A stretch of DNA of 64,000 nt from Owenia fusiformis (lineage: Eukaryota), in assembly GCA_903813345.2 (NCBI GenBank), contig CAIIXF020000001.1, positions 17,360,001-17,424,000 of the forward strand, read 5' to 3'. Below the pieces are notes generated by a model. It worked only from the letters and a program-made list of their open reading frames with translations, did not search any database and had not been told where the DNA came from. The first letter of the stretch is position 1; every line of letters starts with the position of its first letter. Of the stretch, positions 30,101 to 45,100 are shown piece by piece. A program made the position numbers and the translations under genes.

Positions 30101-33100
30101 CAAATATTCAATAACAATCCTTTGCTTTACTTTGATTTGTTGTAAAGTAGACATTTCTTGGATGTGTGTGAGTCTAAGAGTCTGATCGACTTTCTGACTC
30201 ACTGTGACTCATCATTCTTAGAAATATCATTGTGATGTCATAGCACAATTGGTTGCTGAATTTAGAACTCAACAACAAACACATGGGCATGTGAGTCTTG
30301 CTTGACAATTGCATTACCATGCTTGTTAGACATATCATGTGTGGTAATTGAGTCATTAAAACGAAATCAAGCAAAAATGACAAAAACGATCAATTATCAT
30401 TAAAAACCAATTCCACCCATGCTTACCCTTGTTACCATGGTTACGCATAGCTGAAACAATTTCAAATGCATTTAAATGAGAATTCGACACAAAGTAGAGA
30501 ATTGATTGATCTATTCACTGTGAAAAAATTAGACTGATTGGGTGAAATTTAGTATGCCTATAAAATTTTGTCCATTACTTTTGAATCACCCCTCGTATAA
30601 GAGCATCTTTAATCCATTGAAGTTGATTTCTTTTTTTTCTATTTTCTGTTTATTTTAGATTGGTGTCAAACCTGATTTTTAGTGAAGCGAGTGATTGTAT
30701 TTTACTATAACTTATTTCAGTGACAGTGTATGGAAGCTGTACTATTATATTTACTATGATGATACGATTATATCACCATCTGAATTGCCAATGATATCCG
30801 TGTCGAAGATACAACAGATATTTAAGGATAATAAAGACAGATTCAAAATGACGTATGAATTGGAAGAAGGCATTGATGCAGTGAGGTAATACAGCGTAAA
30901 TTTCTATCATACTTTGAAAGTCTAAAATACATCTGAGTGATATGTTAGGGTGCTAAAACATTTACAGACAGTTTCGAATAGATTACGTTTATAATCTTTA
31001 TGTCATACCATCTTGAAATAGAATTACTATCAACTTCATGCTTGGGTAATATGTACAGATGCAAGCCCAATGACCACCACAATTTAAGCTAAACGTGGCA
31101 ATTTCGAATATAGAAAATAAATAGACAAAGTCGGCAATATTTGAAAAGAAAAAATTCAACGATTTACATATAGAAATAATTTTCAGAGTATGTAGTATAT
31201 TAACAACGATGCCCCAATTATTTTAGATTTAAGACAGCATTTGGATTGTTCTTATCTCGTCCTATACTTGATGTTGATATTCCAAGAATTGAGAACGCTT
31301 TATTTGGTATCTGGCAGAAAAAACTGAAAGGTAATTATGTGGATGAAATGGTAATTGCATTAAGGTTCCTATCGATACATAATTCAATACAATATCTTAT
31401 TTTATAGATAATTAATATACCAATCATATATAATAGCACTGTAATTCTGCAACACCTGCTTTAATAAACTATAATAATTTCTTCTATGAATGTTCATCTC
31501 TCTGGTAGTAATGTACAAAGTTGTTGATTTTCTTTCTCAGAGATATTTATTTTTATTTTTGACGTTTGATTCAAATATAATTTTATTTCTGAAGAAGTAG
31601 GATGGACATCCTACGAAACGTCAAAAAGAAAAAGAAATATCTCTGAGAAAGAAAATCAACAACTTTGTATAATAATTTCATTTACCATTTTTATCTTTTC
31701 AGGGGCCCAGGGTATTCGTATCAATATTATATCGAGAGCACGCCATATACAGAGCAATGGGTAAGAAAATAATCCTAGAATGAAACTGAGATGAGTGTTC
31801 TGAGATGACTATATTAAGATAGTATGGGAGTGTGTGGTATTACAATATATAAGCGGTTTAAACTCTTACATACACACGCGTGATACATGTTATTTACAAA
31901 TGCTATTTGTTTGTCTTTATAGTGCGGTAGTTTGGAAGATCTTGTACACACTGGACATTGAGGGGAAACTTCAGAACCCTGACACTCAACCGAAGCTAGA
32001 GCTTGATTTGCTGAATAATGGTCTTGATGTATCAGTCGCCTCTACATCAGAGTTGTACAAAGATGCTGTTTTAAAATTCAGGGATTACAGCCTTACCCGC
32101 TATGAAGGCCTGTACAATGTGTACATATCGCACAAGGTTCTTCAAGAGGATTTTGTGGCATTCAAGGCTGATTTGGAAAATATATGGACTGCTCAACGAA
32201 CAGGTATAAAATAGGAAGACAACGCCAATGTCTTGATTTTATGATGCAAAGCTTTTTATTCACATCCCCTTATACAATCATAAAATAATTACCGTAAAAG
32301 GTAATTATTTAAAAGGTGGATTGGATCGAATGGATGAGATTCATGTAAAAGGTGTATATTGAACCGGGGATCTTCAAAATATGAAATTCATTTTAAGATT
32401 TTTTTCTGTTCATCTCCCTCTGAGAAATATGTCCATTCCACAAAGTACTTTGTGATCACTTGGGTCCCTTTGAGGAATCGGATCAAAACAACAGCAAATA
32501 AATACATACAACAATTAGTTGTTGAATACTCTAAATATTTCACTGCTTTCTTTGTAAATAAACTTTTGTAAGCCGCACAGCCTCATGGTTTCTGAATTGC
32601 CTCAAAAAGCAGAGGTCACCCTTCTAGTCCACTCAGGTAACATAATATTACATCTGTTATTTGATATTGTGGGTGTGAGAAGAGCAACAATCTTCTTAGA
32701 GGGAGATTAATAGATTTTTAAAAATATTTTGACGATTCCCAATCTTCAAAAAACTCTTTACATGACTCCAATTCGTTCGATCCAATCCACCTATTAATCT
32801 TTACCCTTCAAAACGTATATTCAAGAAAATTACCGACTGACTTAAAATTAGAATATAAAGTTATATTATCGCATTGAAAACTGCACTACTTTCAGCCATC
32901 TACGAGCTGGATCTTACCTCGGTTCATATCTGTTGAGTTTCATGATCTTTATTTTCAGATTTGACTGATGTTGAAATAGTAATCAGATCCTCTGAGGAAC
33001 AGCTATTATCTACTGGGTAAGTCTTTCCTTTAAACATTAACGAAGCATGAAAATATCCTCCAAAAACACTCACACATGACAAGAATTGATAATGATGATA

Positions 33101-36100
33101 ATCAATTCAGTAGACTTTTTACAGGGGGCAGTAAAATCAACTGAATATCATGTACAGTGTAGACATGCATTTTACAGGGAGCCAAGTGGTTGGCTACTTC
33201 TCTTCTCAGTGTATGCAGATGGTATGCTCATGGATGCTAGAGTTGACATAGGTGATACCATCGACTACACCACCCTGGACGTCACCTCAAATGTTGGCTT
33301 TAAGTACTCGGTACTTAATTTACCAGCACAGGGAACAATAATCCTACCATACAGAATGTACTTCTCTATCATTGTGGATAATGTTGTCGGCATTGATGAT
33401 CTTGGAAAGTTTAAGACAGCCTTGGTGGAACAGTGGAAGACATTGTTGCCAAGTAAGTTAACAGTTTATTGACATAATGAGTATATGTATAATGAGTGTA
33501 TAATATAATGATTATGGCATTACCAGAAACTAAAAAATGTTATTATGCGTACAAAATAAACATTTCAATGACTGTCAACTCTTATAAAATCACAGCTCCT
33601 ATGAAATATGTATATTTTTATTTTTATTTGTAGATATTCTGCTTGAAGTCACCATGGCCGAAGAGGTTGTGGCATTAGGATCAGAGTATGTGTAATTTTC
33701 AAAATAATAAATGTTAATATTACAATGTACTGAATTGATAATCGAGTCTGGATACAAGCGATGATCAATCAGTAAGGACCTAGGGTGACTGCGTCTCTTC
33801 CATTTCTGTTTTGAAAGAATGGTTTATTACCCGTGACACTTATACATGTTGACCTAAGATTAAAGGGTTTTAATACTCATAAGCACTTTGATTGCTATGG
33901 TAAAGTAGACAGTTTGTCCCTCTATCTTACCTTTTTGATCATCCTTTGTACATAGCGATGTTTCCCGAAGAGAGATATAAAAGACTTGTCTGAGGGCCTT
34001 GATTATTGCGTCGATCTGTTCAGTTCTACAACATGTTAAATCTGATTTTAATTGATCCGTTGAGAGGTATACGACGGTTGTCCCAGAAATAATGCACTAT
34101 ATGTTTTAACTTTATCAATAATTGATATTTGTCCATGAAAATTTCAGTAAATGTTGCTCAGAGACATTTTGATTATTCTACAAATTTTCATGTTGACTGA
34201 TAAAACTATATTGATGTTATAATAAAATCAAGTGGGTGATTTTGGGTAGGGCGGGGCAGGTTATACAGTCAAATCAAAATGAATAAAAATTTGAAAATAT
34301 GAAATAATTAATCAACAAATACCATTTTGTGTAGCTATAAGAAGTATGCTCAAAAATACATTTTAAGATATTAAATTACGAGCACATCCTAGATTTAATG
34401 GATGTATATTGCACAGAGTCCCATTTCACATTTTCTCAAAATATTGCCCTTTGCATGTAATGAACTTTTGATGCCTGTCAGGAAAAACACTCTTGGCAAT
34501 TTTTTCCACTGTCACTTGTGGAGTTTTTGCCTCCCATGTTTGGAGTTTGGAGGGTCCAGTCATCTCTTTTAAATCTCTTCTGCCACCTCATAAGTGTAGT
34601 TCTATCTTTTATACTTTCTTCATGGTAGCATCAGTTTTGCGTGGCTGTGATTCCAAGTGAAGTATAAAATTAGGCCAACAAATGCAAGGCCTTCTGTTAT
34701 CAGGCGAAAATTGCAGCCATTTTTATGTCCCCACCACATAGTGTGGGGCCATATTGTCGTCCTAGGCGCGTCCGTCCGTCTGTCTGTCTGTCTGGTTGTC
34801 TGTCTGTCTGTCCGTCCGTACGTCCGGCAGTTTTCTCCAAAACCGCTACAGGTATCACCATCTAATTTTCAGGAATAACCTATGAGTGCCTATAGATGTG
34901 GATGAAAAAAATTTAACTCGAAACCTACTTCCTGTCGGCCATTTTGAAGTCAAATGCTGAAATCCTTGTCTGCAAATTTTAAGAAAAACTGCTTCACAGT
35001 TGCTTTTAAAACTTTAACATCTTGTTCAGCTCACTTCATTCTAGATCTGATTAGGTTTTGGACCTGCTAGCTCAGTCATGTCAGCCATTTTGAATGTCTT
35101 AAGAAAAGTTAGCGCGCGATAATACTTTGTATCATATTGAATGGTGTTTTTGAGTTTTCATACTTTAACTATTTAGTAGCTTTATAAATAATTTCAGATT
35201 TACTTTGCTGTAAAAGCCTACTTTATTGTTAACAGTAGTTATATGTGATAATTTTGTAAAAAGAAATCAGCAAAAACTCATAAGGACTTTTTTATTGTCG
35301 GCCATTTTGGATTTTTCGGTCCTAAAATCTTGTCTGTGAAGTCTTGTCTGCGCGTTTTCAGGTGAACCGTTTGGTGGATCAATTTCAAATTTTCAGGGAT
35401 GATTCTTAGTATAAAAATCTAGATCTCATTAGTTTTTTGGCATTCTGGGTAAATGTCAAGGCAGCCATTTTGGATTTTCCGTCTTAAAATCTTGTCTGTA
35501 AAGTCTTGTCTACTCGTTTTCAGGTGAACTGTTTGGTAGATCAATTTCAAATTTTCAGGGATGATTCTTAGTATGAAAATCTAGAACTGATTAGTTTTTT
35601 TGCATTCTGGGTAAATGTCAAGGCAGCCATTTTGGATTTTCCGTCTTAAAATCTTGCCTGTAAAGTCTTGTCTACGCGTTTTTAGGTGAACGGTTTGATA
35701 GATCAATTTCAAATTTTCAGGGATGATTCTTTGTATGAAAATGTACATCTGATTATTTTTTTTGCATTCTGCGTAAATGTTAAGGCAGCCATTTTGGATT
35801 TTCTGTCCTAAAATCTTGTCTGTAAAGTCTTGTCTACCCGTTTTCAGGTGAACCGTTTGCTAGATCAATTTCATATTTTCAGGGATGATTCTTAGTATGA
35901 AAATCTACAAACAGATTAGTTTTTTGACATTCTTGGTAAATGTCAAGGCAGCCATTTTGGATTTTCCATCCTGAAATCTTGTCTGTAAAGTCTTGTTTAC
36001 ATGTTTTTCTGGTTAACTGTGTGACGGATCAATTTCAAATTTTCAGGGGTGGTTCTTAGTTTGAAAATCTAGAACTGACTAAATTTTTGGCATTCTGGGT

Positions 36101-39100
36101 AAATTTTAAGGTGGCCACTTTGGATTTTCCGTCTTCAAATTGTGTTGGTAAAGTCTTGTCTACTCATTTTCAGGATAACCATTTCACGGGATCACCACTT
36201 GGTGGGGACATTTTGTACACGTTTGTGTTCTTGTTGCAATTTCTTGACTGCGACTGTATTTGAATATGTGATTATTGAACTGTGGTATTGGACATGACAG
36301 TGCTGAATGTCATTACAATTTCCGAATCATTTTGATCATTTAAAAGAAAGAAATATTGATAAAATGACACTTTGGATATTTTCATAATAAGAAAAATTGG
36401 TACCTGCCCCACCCACCCCTACCCCCATGTTGCTATAGCAACCATATTAAGACTTAATATTAATATTTGATGCTAATTTGAAAGGATATAATAGATAAAA
36501 ATTTCAATTGTTATACATGTATACACTAAATTTCAGCTGAATTGAAAAATATTAAACAAAGTTAGAGTATAAAGTGCATTACTTCTGGGACAACCCTCGT
36601 AATGTCGTTACTTATTTTATTACCTACAGAGGAACAGATGTATACTGGAAGGTGCTATACTATGTGTACAATATAGATACGGGTGCTAATACATTATTGG
36701 AGCCATCCCTGTACCTTCCTCTGGACACATCAGCCCTGCAGGCTAAACTTAGCTTCGCTAACAGCAAGGGTCTTTTATACACCCTCATAAATACAAAGAG
36801 TTTGGAACCCGAGCGATTTTCTAATCTTTACGGCTTGTATTTCGACAAAGAAGTCAGTAAAGAGAGATATGATGATGTTGAAGCTGGACTAAAGGAGGCT
36901 TGGTTTGCCACCATCACAGGTATTACAAACGGCAGGACCATTAATTACACATATTGTTTATTCACTATTAAATCCCACTTGGGTAGCAACACAATAGAAT
37001 TTGCTGTGGTTTATTTTTAAGAATGTATGGTTTTATCAAAAGGAAAGTGCATTATTTTTCTATTGTTTTTAAAGAATGTACACTTGGCAAGCTATCAAAA
37101 ACAAGTGAGACATAAATGACCATTGACAGTTTTTGATAGTTTTCATTCCCTAAAAACAAAATATACAAAAATACATGTACCCTTCTCTTGTTACTGTGCA
37201 TTCTTTAGAATAAAACAATTTATCAATTTTAATTGCTATTTACATCATTGATCTTATCTTACTTACAAATATTCTGCTGTATTCAAATGCAATGTTCTGG
37301 ACTGGACAATCACCTGTAGTGCACTGAAGCTAGACTAATTATAGCCCACTCAGTCACTTACGTCAACTCACACTCATGAGGTCAATGCAACCAACTCTTT
37401 TTGTTGTTACAATTAATTGGCTATATAACTACATGAACAGTCAACTCAAAAGAACTCACTCACTTACATGTATCAAACCACTTACCCCTACATGAACAGT
37501 CAACACAAAAGAAATAAAATTTTCCAGATTAGATCATTGACCATTTACCTGCAATATACCATTTACCTGTAATAAGAATGTGTGTGATTTAAGTAAGATA
37601 AAGCATTCGAATTCGATTTGATAAGAAATAATAACCTCAGGCCTTCGGCCTTCGGTGTATTATTTCTTATAAAATCTCATTCTTATGCTTTATCCAGTAC
37701 AGAATGTTTGTAGTTGTATCTGAAGTGGTCAGTTGACTTATTTAAAACAACCCATTGACAATCCATTATTGCTCTCAATTTGAATTTCATTGTAAAAGTA
37801 CAAAATTGAAAATGATAAGATCATATTAAAATTATTTTGCTGTTGATGCTGAATGTTTGATACCTTTTGTAGGGCTTTCAGATGTTGACTCATTTGAACT
37901 AAAAATAGTACGACAGGAGGAGATCATACAGAAATCGCAGAGGTATGGTTATTGTTCACACTTTATTTAGACGTATTTCTATTATTAGTAACCTATGAGC
38001 ATTCATTTCCAGAATACCCAACCATAAAAACATCTTGCATAGGCATTGTTGCAGCTATTATAATTGTTTGCTTGTTGTCCATTAAACATTCTTTTATGAC
38101 AAAAAAATATGATTTCCAGAAGCTCGAAATGGAAAATCTTCTACTCTATTAACATTGACACCAGTCTCAATATCAACCTTGATAATATGCCAACAGTACA
38201 ACAACTTAAAGACAAAATCAAGATACCTAGCGACCAGGGTGACTACACCATTGTTGAAAGATATACTGGGAACCAATTTAGGCAGCAATATGCATTCAAA
38301 CTTGCATTTGATAGCTTTTTGATTGACACTGACATAGATAACGTTCAAGCAGCATTGCAGACAGCTTGGGATCTTCACCTACCAGGTATTGTATTAAACT
38401 GCTATTAGTCAATTGTAGTAATAATGTATTAGGATTTATTTGTAAATGTCCTATTAGGGGCAAATGTACATCCAACAATAAAAAGAAATTACAGTAAAAA
38501 TATTTAAAAGAAAAATCAAGAAAATAAGACTGCAGTCTTCAAATTACATTAAATTGCACACTAATTACATTAAATTACACACTTATGTTTGAATGAAACC
38601 TATTTTAGTATTATAAAGAAATAATAAACTATGAATGGTATCCTGCAGATGCGTTGATCAAATTTTGGAAAATAAATATGATGATTATTAAGAATTATTT
38701 CTTGTCCAGTTCAGAATTTTATGTTGATGTTATTACAGGTAAAACGCTAACCATTGAGGTCGCGAGGGTAGAGGAATACATCCATATAACTGGGTATGAT
38801 CATTATCTTATTTATCAATGAAAAAACAATATTTCGAATCAAAATAGAAAAAATGTACAAAACACATGAAACATTGAAAGAAACACAAAGGAAATATTAA
38901 CTGTAGCATATCCAAAGCACTGAGTTGATGCATAATACATTCTGTCACGGGAACAAATAAATTTTTATGTGTGTTTGTTTTCCAGGAGACCCCGGTGGAG
39001 TCTTTATTACTACATTAGCTACAATGGCAGAGTTGTCCACCCTAATATGGTATCTTCTATAGACACCAACAGCATAGATGTTTCATTCATTAATGCACTA

Positions 39101-42100
39101 GGTGGACAATACAATATTATTGACCTGGAAAATGCATGGAGATCTTCATTCAGTTATGTGGTACAGCTATCCAGGGCAGTTTTAGCAATAGACTATGATG
39201 CTTTCAAGAAAGGATGCGTTCAAGCATGGCTTGATGCGAATCCAGGTGAGACACGATGTAAGATAGTGTAAATCAAAATAAGGTTCACATGAGCGTCAAG
39301 GAATGAAACAAATATTCAACAAATATTTACGAAATAATTGAATTCAGAAAGTGGAATATGTATTGATGCCAATAAAATTAAAGCTGCGAGAGTGATAATC
39401 TAGAAGTATATAGGTTGGATTTTTTTTATTTTCAGGATTTACAAGTTCTGACATTGCACTTGTGTTGTCTGGACAACGGGAATATATACAACAAAATGGG
39501 TATGTAGTAATGTACATATATTCAGGATTAGAAGCAAACTTATATTACATTTTCACATTTTTGTTTACCAAGACCATGCACATTTCCAATGAGTCATCAT
39601 AATAATCAGAATCTGAAATGGGTCATTGTTTCACATGCATTCATTTTAAATTACAATAATGTAGGATAAAGATAAAAAGCAAAAGATAACATATTAAACT
39701 TTACAATTGCAGAGATGCTGCATGGGAATTAATCTACTTTGTCACGAAAGATGATGAAGTTTTGAACCCTCAGGCATTCCGTAAAGTGACAATAGAAACC
39801 TACAGGAAACATCTCAGCATTGATGCCACTCAACTCAACCTGAAATATGACACAATTCTACTTGATGATATACTAGGTGTCCCATACAGTGACCTCTTTA
39901 GTATTCAACTTACAAAAGAGATATTTGAGACAGATTTTGAGCTGGCCAATAATGGTCTGCTTTCTGCCTGGAAATCTCAGTGGTCAGGTAAAGCGAAATC
40001 TTCCGGATCCCTTATAGTGATAGAAGGATGACATACGATGTATGCTATCTTTCGATAACCATAACCTAATATATATTTCACCCGTTTCATGATCTTACCT
40101 TTGATTATGACGTGAGTAAATCATGCAAGATTATTTTATATAAATAATTTGCTCTTTGGCCCTTTGATTACAAATAATCTTCTTATTTTCCAGCAGTTAA
40201 TCCATATTTTATTCATTTTTTTAAATATGATAATTTCCAGATGCAAGTGCAATATCTGTTATCCAACAAGAACCATGCGTCGATAGAAATACAAGGTGAG
40301 TGTCACGTAACCTTCCACGAAGATACAGTTTATATTTAGATTATAATAATCGGTTTATTATGTTTTTCATCCAATAAATTAATTTTTCTGATCATAAATC
40401 ATTTTACATATGTATGAACTCAGGAAATATTTTAATGAACTTGTAATTTTGTGATGAATTAATGTCATTATAGAACACCAATTTGGAAACTGCTCTTTGA
40501 GGTTACCCCCAGCTTGAGCGATGTAACAATCACCCCTGGTAGCCACTTATCCCTTACACAGAATGCTATGAAAGCAGCTGGGTGGGGCGTAGATCAGTCA
40601 AGACTGAATGGCTATAATATTATAGCTGCGGGAAGTGAGGAACTCCTCAGGATCTCCCAGTCATACGAGATCAATTTGAATCTTAGGATTCCACGTCAAC
40701 ATCTCAGTCAGTTCAGATTAAAATTGATATCCCTGTTCAAAGCAAGAGGTTTGTGTAATTATTATATCTTATTTTAGTTAATAATATATAACCAAGTATG
40801 AGAAATGTTTCTGTCATATAATAAACTATTAAATTAAAATGGCAATTATGTAGAGAGAGAATATAAGCATAGTTGAAAGCCCATGATATAAGTAACAAAA
40901 CTAATCATGGTGGCCCGTGTGACTTGAAGTTTCTCTTGTTTGCAACTAAAAAGTCATTAAAGGTTGAATCTGATCACCACTTAGTATCATTGAATAGTGT
41001 CTTTATTTTAGGTTTGGATAGTAATGCAGAGGTTGAGGTTGTGATTGGCAGACAGGTTAAATATAGGACCAATAACAGGTGAGTATATAATTTATTTAGT
41101 CATGAAAACAGCGGTTGTATTAAGTCATACTTTCATTAATATTTTATATTATTTTGGGCCCTCAAATGTGATTCATCATTATGAAATACTGATGTATACA
41201 ACGAGTCATTGTTTTGCTTCTTGTTTCAGCAATTTCCCCTTCATTACAAAGGCTTTCATATTCTTAGAAGTCAATGATGTCATGACGAGTAGTACTACAT
41301 CACTACCAGTCACCCCACAGGATTTAAGTCAACTTATAGATTTCCCCCACCCTAGGGGACTAGACTACAATGCTGTTATAGCATCTGACTATGTCATGAG
41401 GGAAAACAGTCACAGACTTGAATTGCACATTAGCAGCAGAGTCTCAAGAAAGAACTTTGATGACTTTTTGAAACTCATAAAAAATACCTGGTCGAATAAT
41501 GGTGAGTTTGCAAAAAGATTGAGAGTGGTAATATGATCTGAAAATTGAACCTAGCCTATACAAGTCAGCATTTATGGTTTAATTATCCCAACGAACGAAG
41601 TTCGTTAGGGATATAGTGAAGCCCTCCGTCCGTCCGTCTGTCCGTCAGTCCGTCAGTCCGTCAGTCCGTCAGTCAGTCAGTCAGTCAGTCAGTCCGTCCG
41701 TCTGTCCGGAAGATAACTCAAATACTAGTTGACAGATTTTCTTCATATTTATTTTTTTCAAGATGGCCGCCGCTTTAAAAATGACGGGACTTTTTCACAA
41801 AAATCATAAATTTTTCATTCTAAACCAAAGTAATTAATATTATTGTTTGAAATTTTGGTAGTGTATTCACAACATTTATCTATTTCACATATATTCCGTG
41901 TTTTTCATCCTAACCCCCAGGGGCCATGTATGGGGGGACAGGAAAACAGAAATTTTCGCTAATTTTTAGATCTTTCTGAAGTGTAGCTTTATTATACTCA
42001 AATGAAAGGCAATTAAGAGTAGATTGCAAATATTGTATCTTTTTTCTGATTCGAGCCTCGTAAAATTCAAATTGGCCGTCTAATGTACGATTTCGCAATA

Positions 42101-45100
42101 ATTTTTCGATCCCTTCAAAGTATGGCTATATTATACTCAAATTGAAGGAATTTTGGAGTAGATCACAATTATGGTATTATTTTTCAGATTTGTACCTCAG
42201 AAAATTCAAAATGGCTGCTTTGCAGGAATTCGCAATTCTAAAATCTAATTTTTTCATTTTCAACCAAAGTAATGAGTATAATTGATTGGAATTCGGTAAT
42301 TGATATTTTGTTCGTTGGGATTTGCTACTCCGCGGAGTTGCCGTTATCTAGTTATGAAATAATTGATCATTAGTTTGACTGAACAAATTATCTTCCTGTA
42401 TTCTTAAACAAGATGTTTCTGTTCAATCTCTAAACTAAAACTATAAAGTATACAAGTACTTACAGTAACATTATAAAACAATATTTGATATCATTTTTTA
42501 GTTCCTGGCCATATAACTGATGTCGAATTACAGGCGACATGGAAAAATAAAATGGACATTGAACTTATCAACAGAGAGGAATACATTGGAGATGACAGGT
42601 ATTCAAAGTCAAATATTGCAAACATTTTATTCATTTACATGTTGTTTTTCTATTTTATGAATAACTCAAGCGTTCTTCTGAGGAGGCTATGAAAATTGGG
42701 CAGTCAATGAGACCGGTCAATTACATATTATCTAAATATGGAACAGAATGGGAAAATACCAAGGGGATGGGTCTTGGAAGGTGACCATGCACACAAAATA
42801 CATAAAACCATAGTACTAAATTATTTGATAACCTGGGATATAGAGGAATTTAGATGTGTGGTATAAAGTTAAGAGATGTGTTCAGAATGATAAGTTTTGT
42901 CTTGAAATTAAGATCAATTATAATATTTCAATTTCAGTTCTATCTACCACAAGTTGATATACTACCTCTTTTATGATGCCACAGTCTTAAACCCTGAGCT
43001 TCTTTCTGACAAACCGGAAATACCATCATCAGACATATCGTTCAATGGACCTTATGGTTTGACATATTCAGTGTATGGCGGCAAAATGAAGGAAGGAATG
43101 AGTGATCTATATACTGTGTTCCTCTCAGACAATCTAGATTTAGAGGAAGTGGAGAATATCACTATTGTTTTGGAGAAGTCCTGGCGCAAGCATCTGGAAG
43201 GTAAGAAGAACCTCCTATAAATGAATATTGCTTTAAATTAAATATTAATATGTTCTTCAAGATGATACATGTGTAAAGGTCTTTGCTTTGTCTAAAAATA
43301 AGATATTTTTGGTAAAACATGTATTGCTTTTTCGAAAAATATTTGATCAATGAATGAATTATAGGTATACATTTGAAAATAAAAAATGGACCTACAGTAT
43401 GTTCTAGCGTAAATAAATGGTACCAGAACGTAACTTGCACCTAAAAATGGGTGTCTAACTTATGTATTGTATCATTGTTATAGGTGGAAATATCCTCGGT
43501 GTCTCTGACACTATCAGTATAGAACTACTACTGGCACAACCCTGGGTTGCAGAATATGGGTAAGTGGATGAAAGAGAGTTATATGGAGTATGTTGATCCA
43601 AAATGTAATTAATTACTTGTTACTGATAATTGTCACAGTGTCTGTCATCAACATTACTTTTCTACCATCTGAAACAAATCATCCAATTTCACATAATATC
43701 CCCGCATCAATATCAATAATAAACAACTCTATATAATTGAGATATCCAATTAAAATATTGAAATCTTGTTTCAGGAAATTCTGTACCAAGGTTGTGTACA
43801 TAGTCAAAGTGAATGACATCCGCTACAACCCAGATGAGGAGGTAGGACCCTCTACTGACATTATCAAATTTGAACTTGAGATTGACGAAGATGCCACATA
43901 TGAACTGTTTGAAGGAACTGCCTTGACTCCTCTGGAGCTGAACTTCGATATTATCGTGAACAGACTGGTTTTAGCTTCTGAGAGACAATTAGTTGAGGAA
44001 GCTCTGTTAGCTGCTTGGCAGAATTTCAGATCAGGTATATTGAATCTCAAGGTCAACATAACACTATATGACAGGACGGACAAGATTCATGAATGTAAGC
44101 CGAGAAATAACACTCATTAAAATTATGCAAACTCTCTTTAGTCTATATCATTTCAAATTTTACCCCCAATCTTTAATTGCTGTAAATATTGTTGCAGATC
44201 TCAGTGATCTTGAGGTGGACATTATCTTGTCAGAGGAGCTGGAAGGCGCAAAGTAAGCGAACAATCTTTGCAGAATTTACTCTGATAAAGAATATATACT
44301 CCTCAAAAAAAGTTAAGGACCAGTGGTTTTCCTCATAGGTTTACATGTTAACCACCATATTTGTTTGAACAACCATTTTCTAAGCGGGGAACAAAAGAAA
44401 TCCAAATAAAGAAAATAAATCTGAATCTTGATTCTATTCCCTATTAAGTCCGCAACGTTTCATTGTTATATCTCCAATACATTGGTTCAAAATTTGATGT
44501 CAAAATTGATGAATTTCATGAAATTTAACAAAAATGGCTTTGAAAAACACTGGTCCTTAACTTTTTTGAGGAGTATAATATAAAACTCTTAATATAAATC
44601 TATTTTGAAAATGAATAATAGAAAGCGAAGTGAATAATAGAAAGATAATGTTTAATCTACATATTTGTATGTATTAGATTATTTCATAAATACAAACTTA
44701 TGATTAATTGTTTTTTTCATTAATTCAACACATTCTGCACTGGTCAATTAATGTGTTACGTGTTAAGACACACATCCCACAGTGAAACACAAATACATGT
44801 AGGAATAAAGTCTTATTGTATGTTATACATGTATACCCCATAACATTTACAATACTGTTTTCAGTTCTGTACCAGTATATCGTATCACATACTCTGTGAA
44901 ATCTAAAGGCATCTATCTGGAGTCTTGGGAAGAGGACAAACCATCAAATGCAGACTTCAACAAATACTTAAAGGAGAAGCTCGCTAATAAACAACCCTTT
45001 AATATATACACGGGTAGCTGGTTCAGATTGTATAGATTGAAACTGAGGAGAGGTTTACGAAAAAGTGATGAGGCAACTATTATTAAGGCATTGGTTGAAG

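Larger units (their letters stand above)
34072..36599. mobile_element. Tc1/mariner-type non-autonomous element hosting a nested HINE
   Basis: ta|cgacggttgtcccagaaataatgcact ... agtgcattacttctgggacaaccctcg|ta. Confidence 0.85.

Noticed and set aside
35301-36185. CRISPR-like array
   Set aside because: Head-to-tail ~163-bp units with no unique spacers, in eukaryotic DNA inside a HINE, with no cas genes
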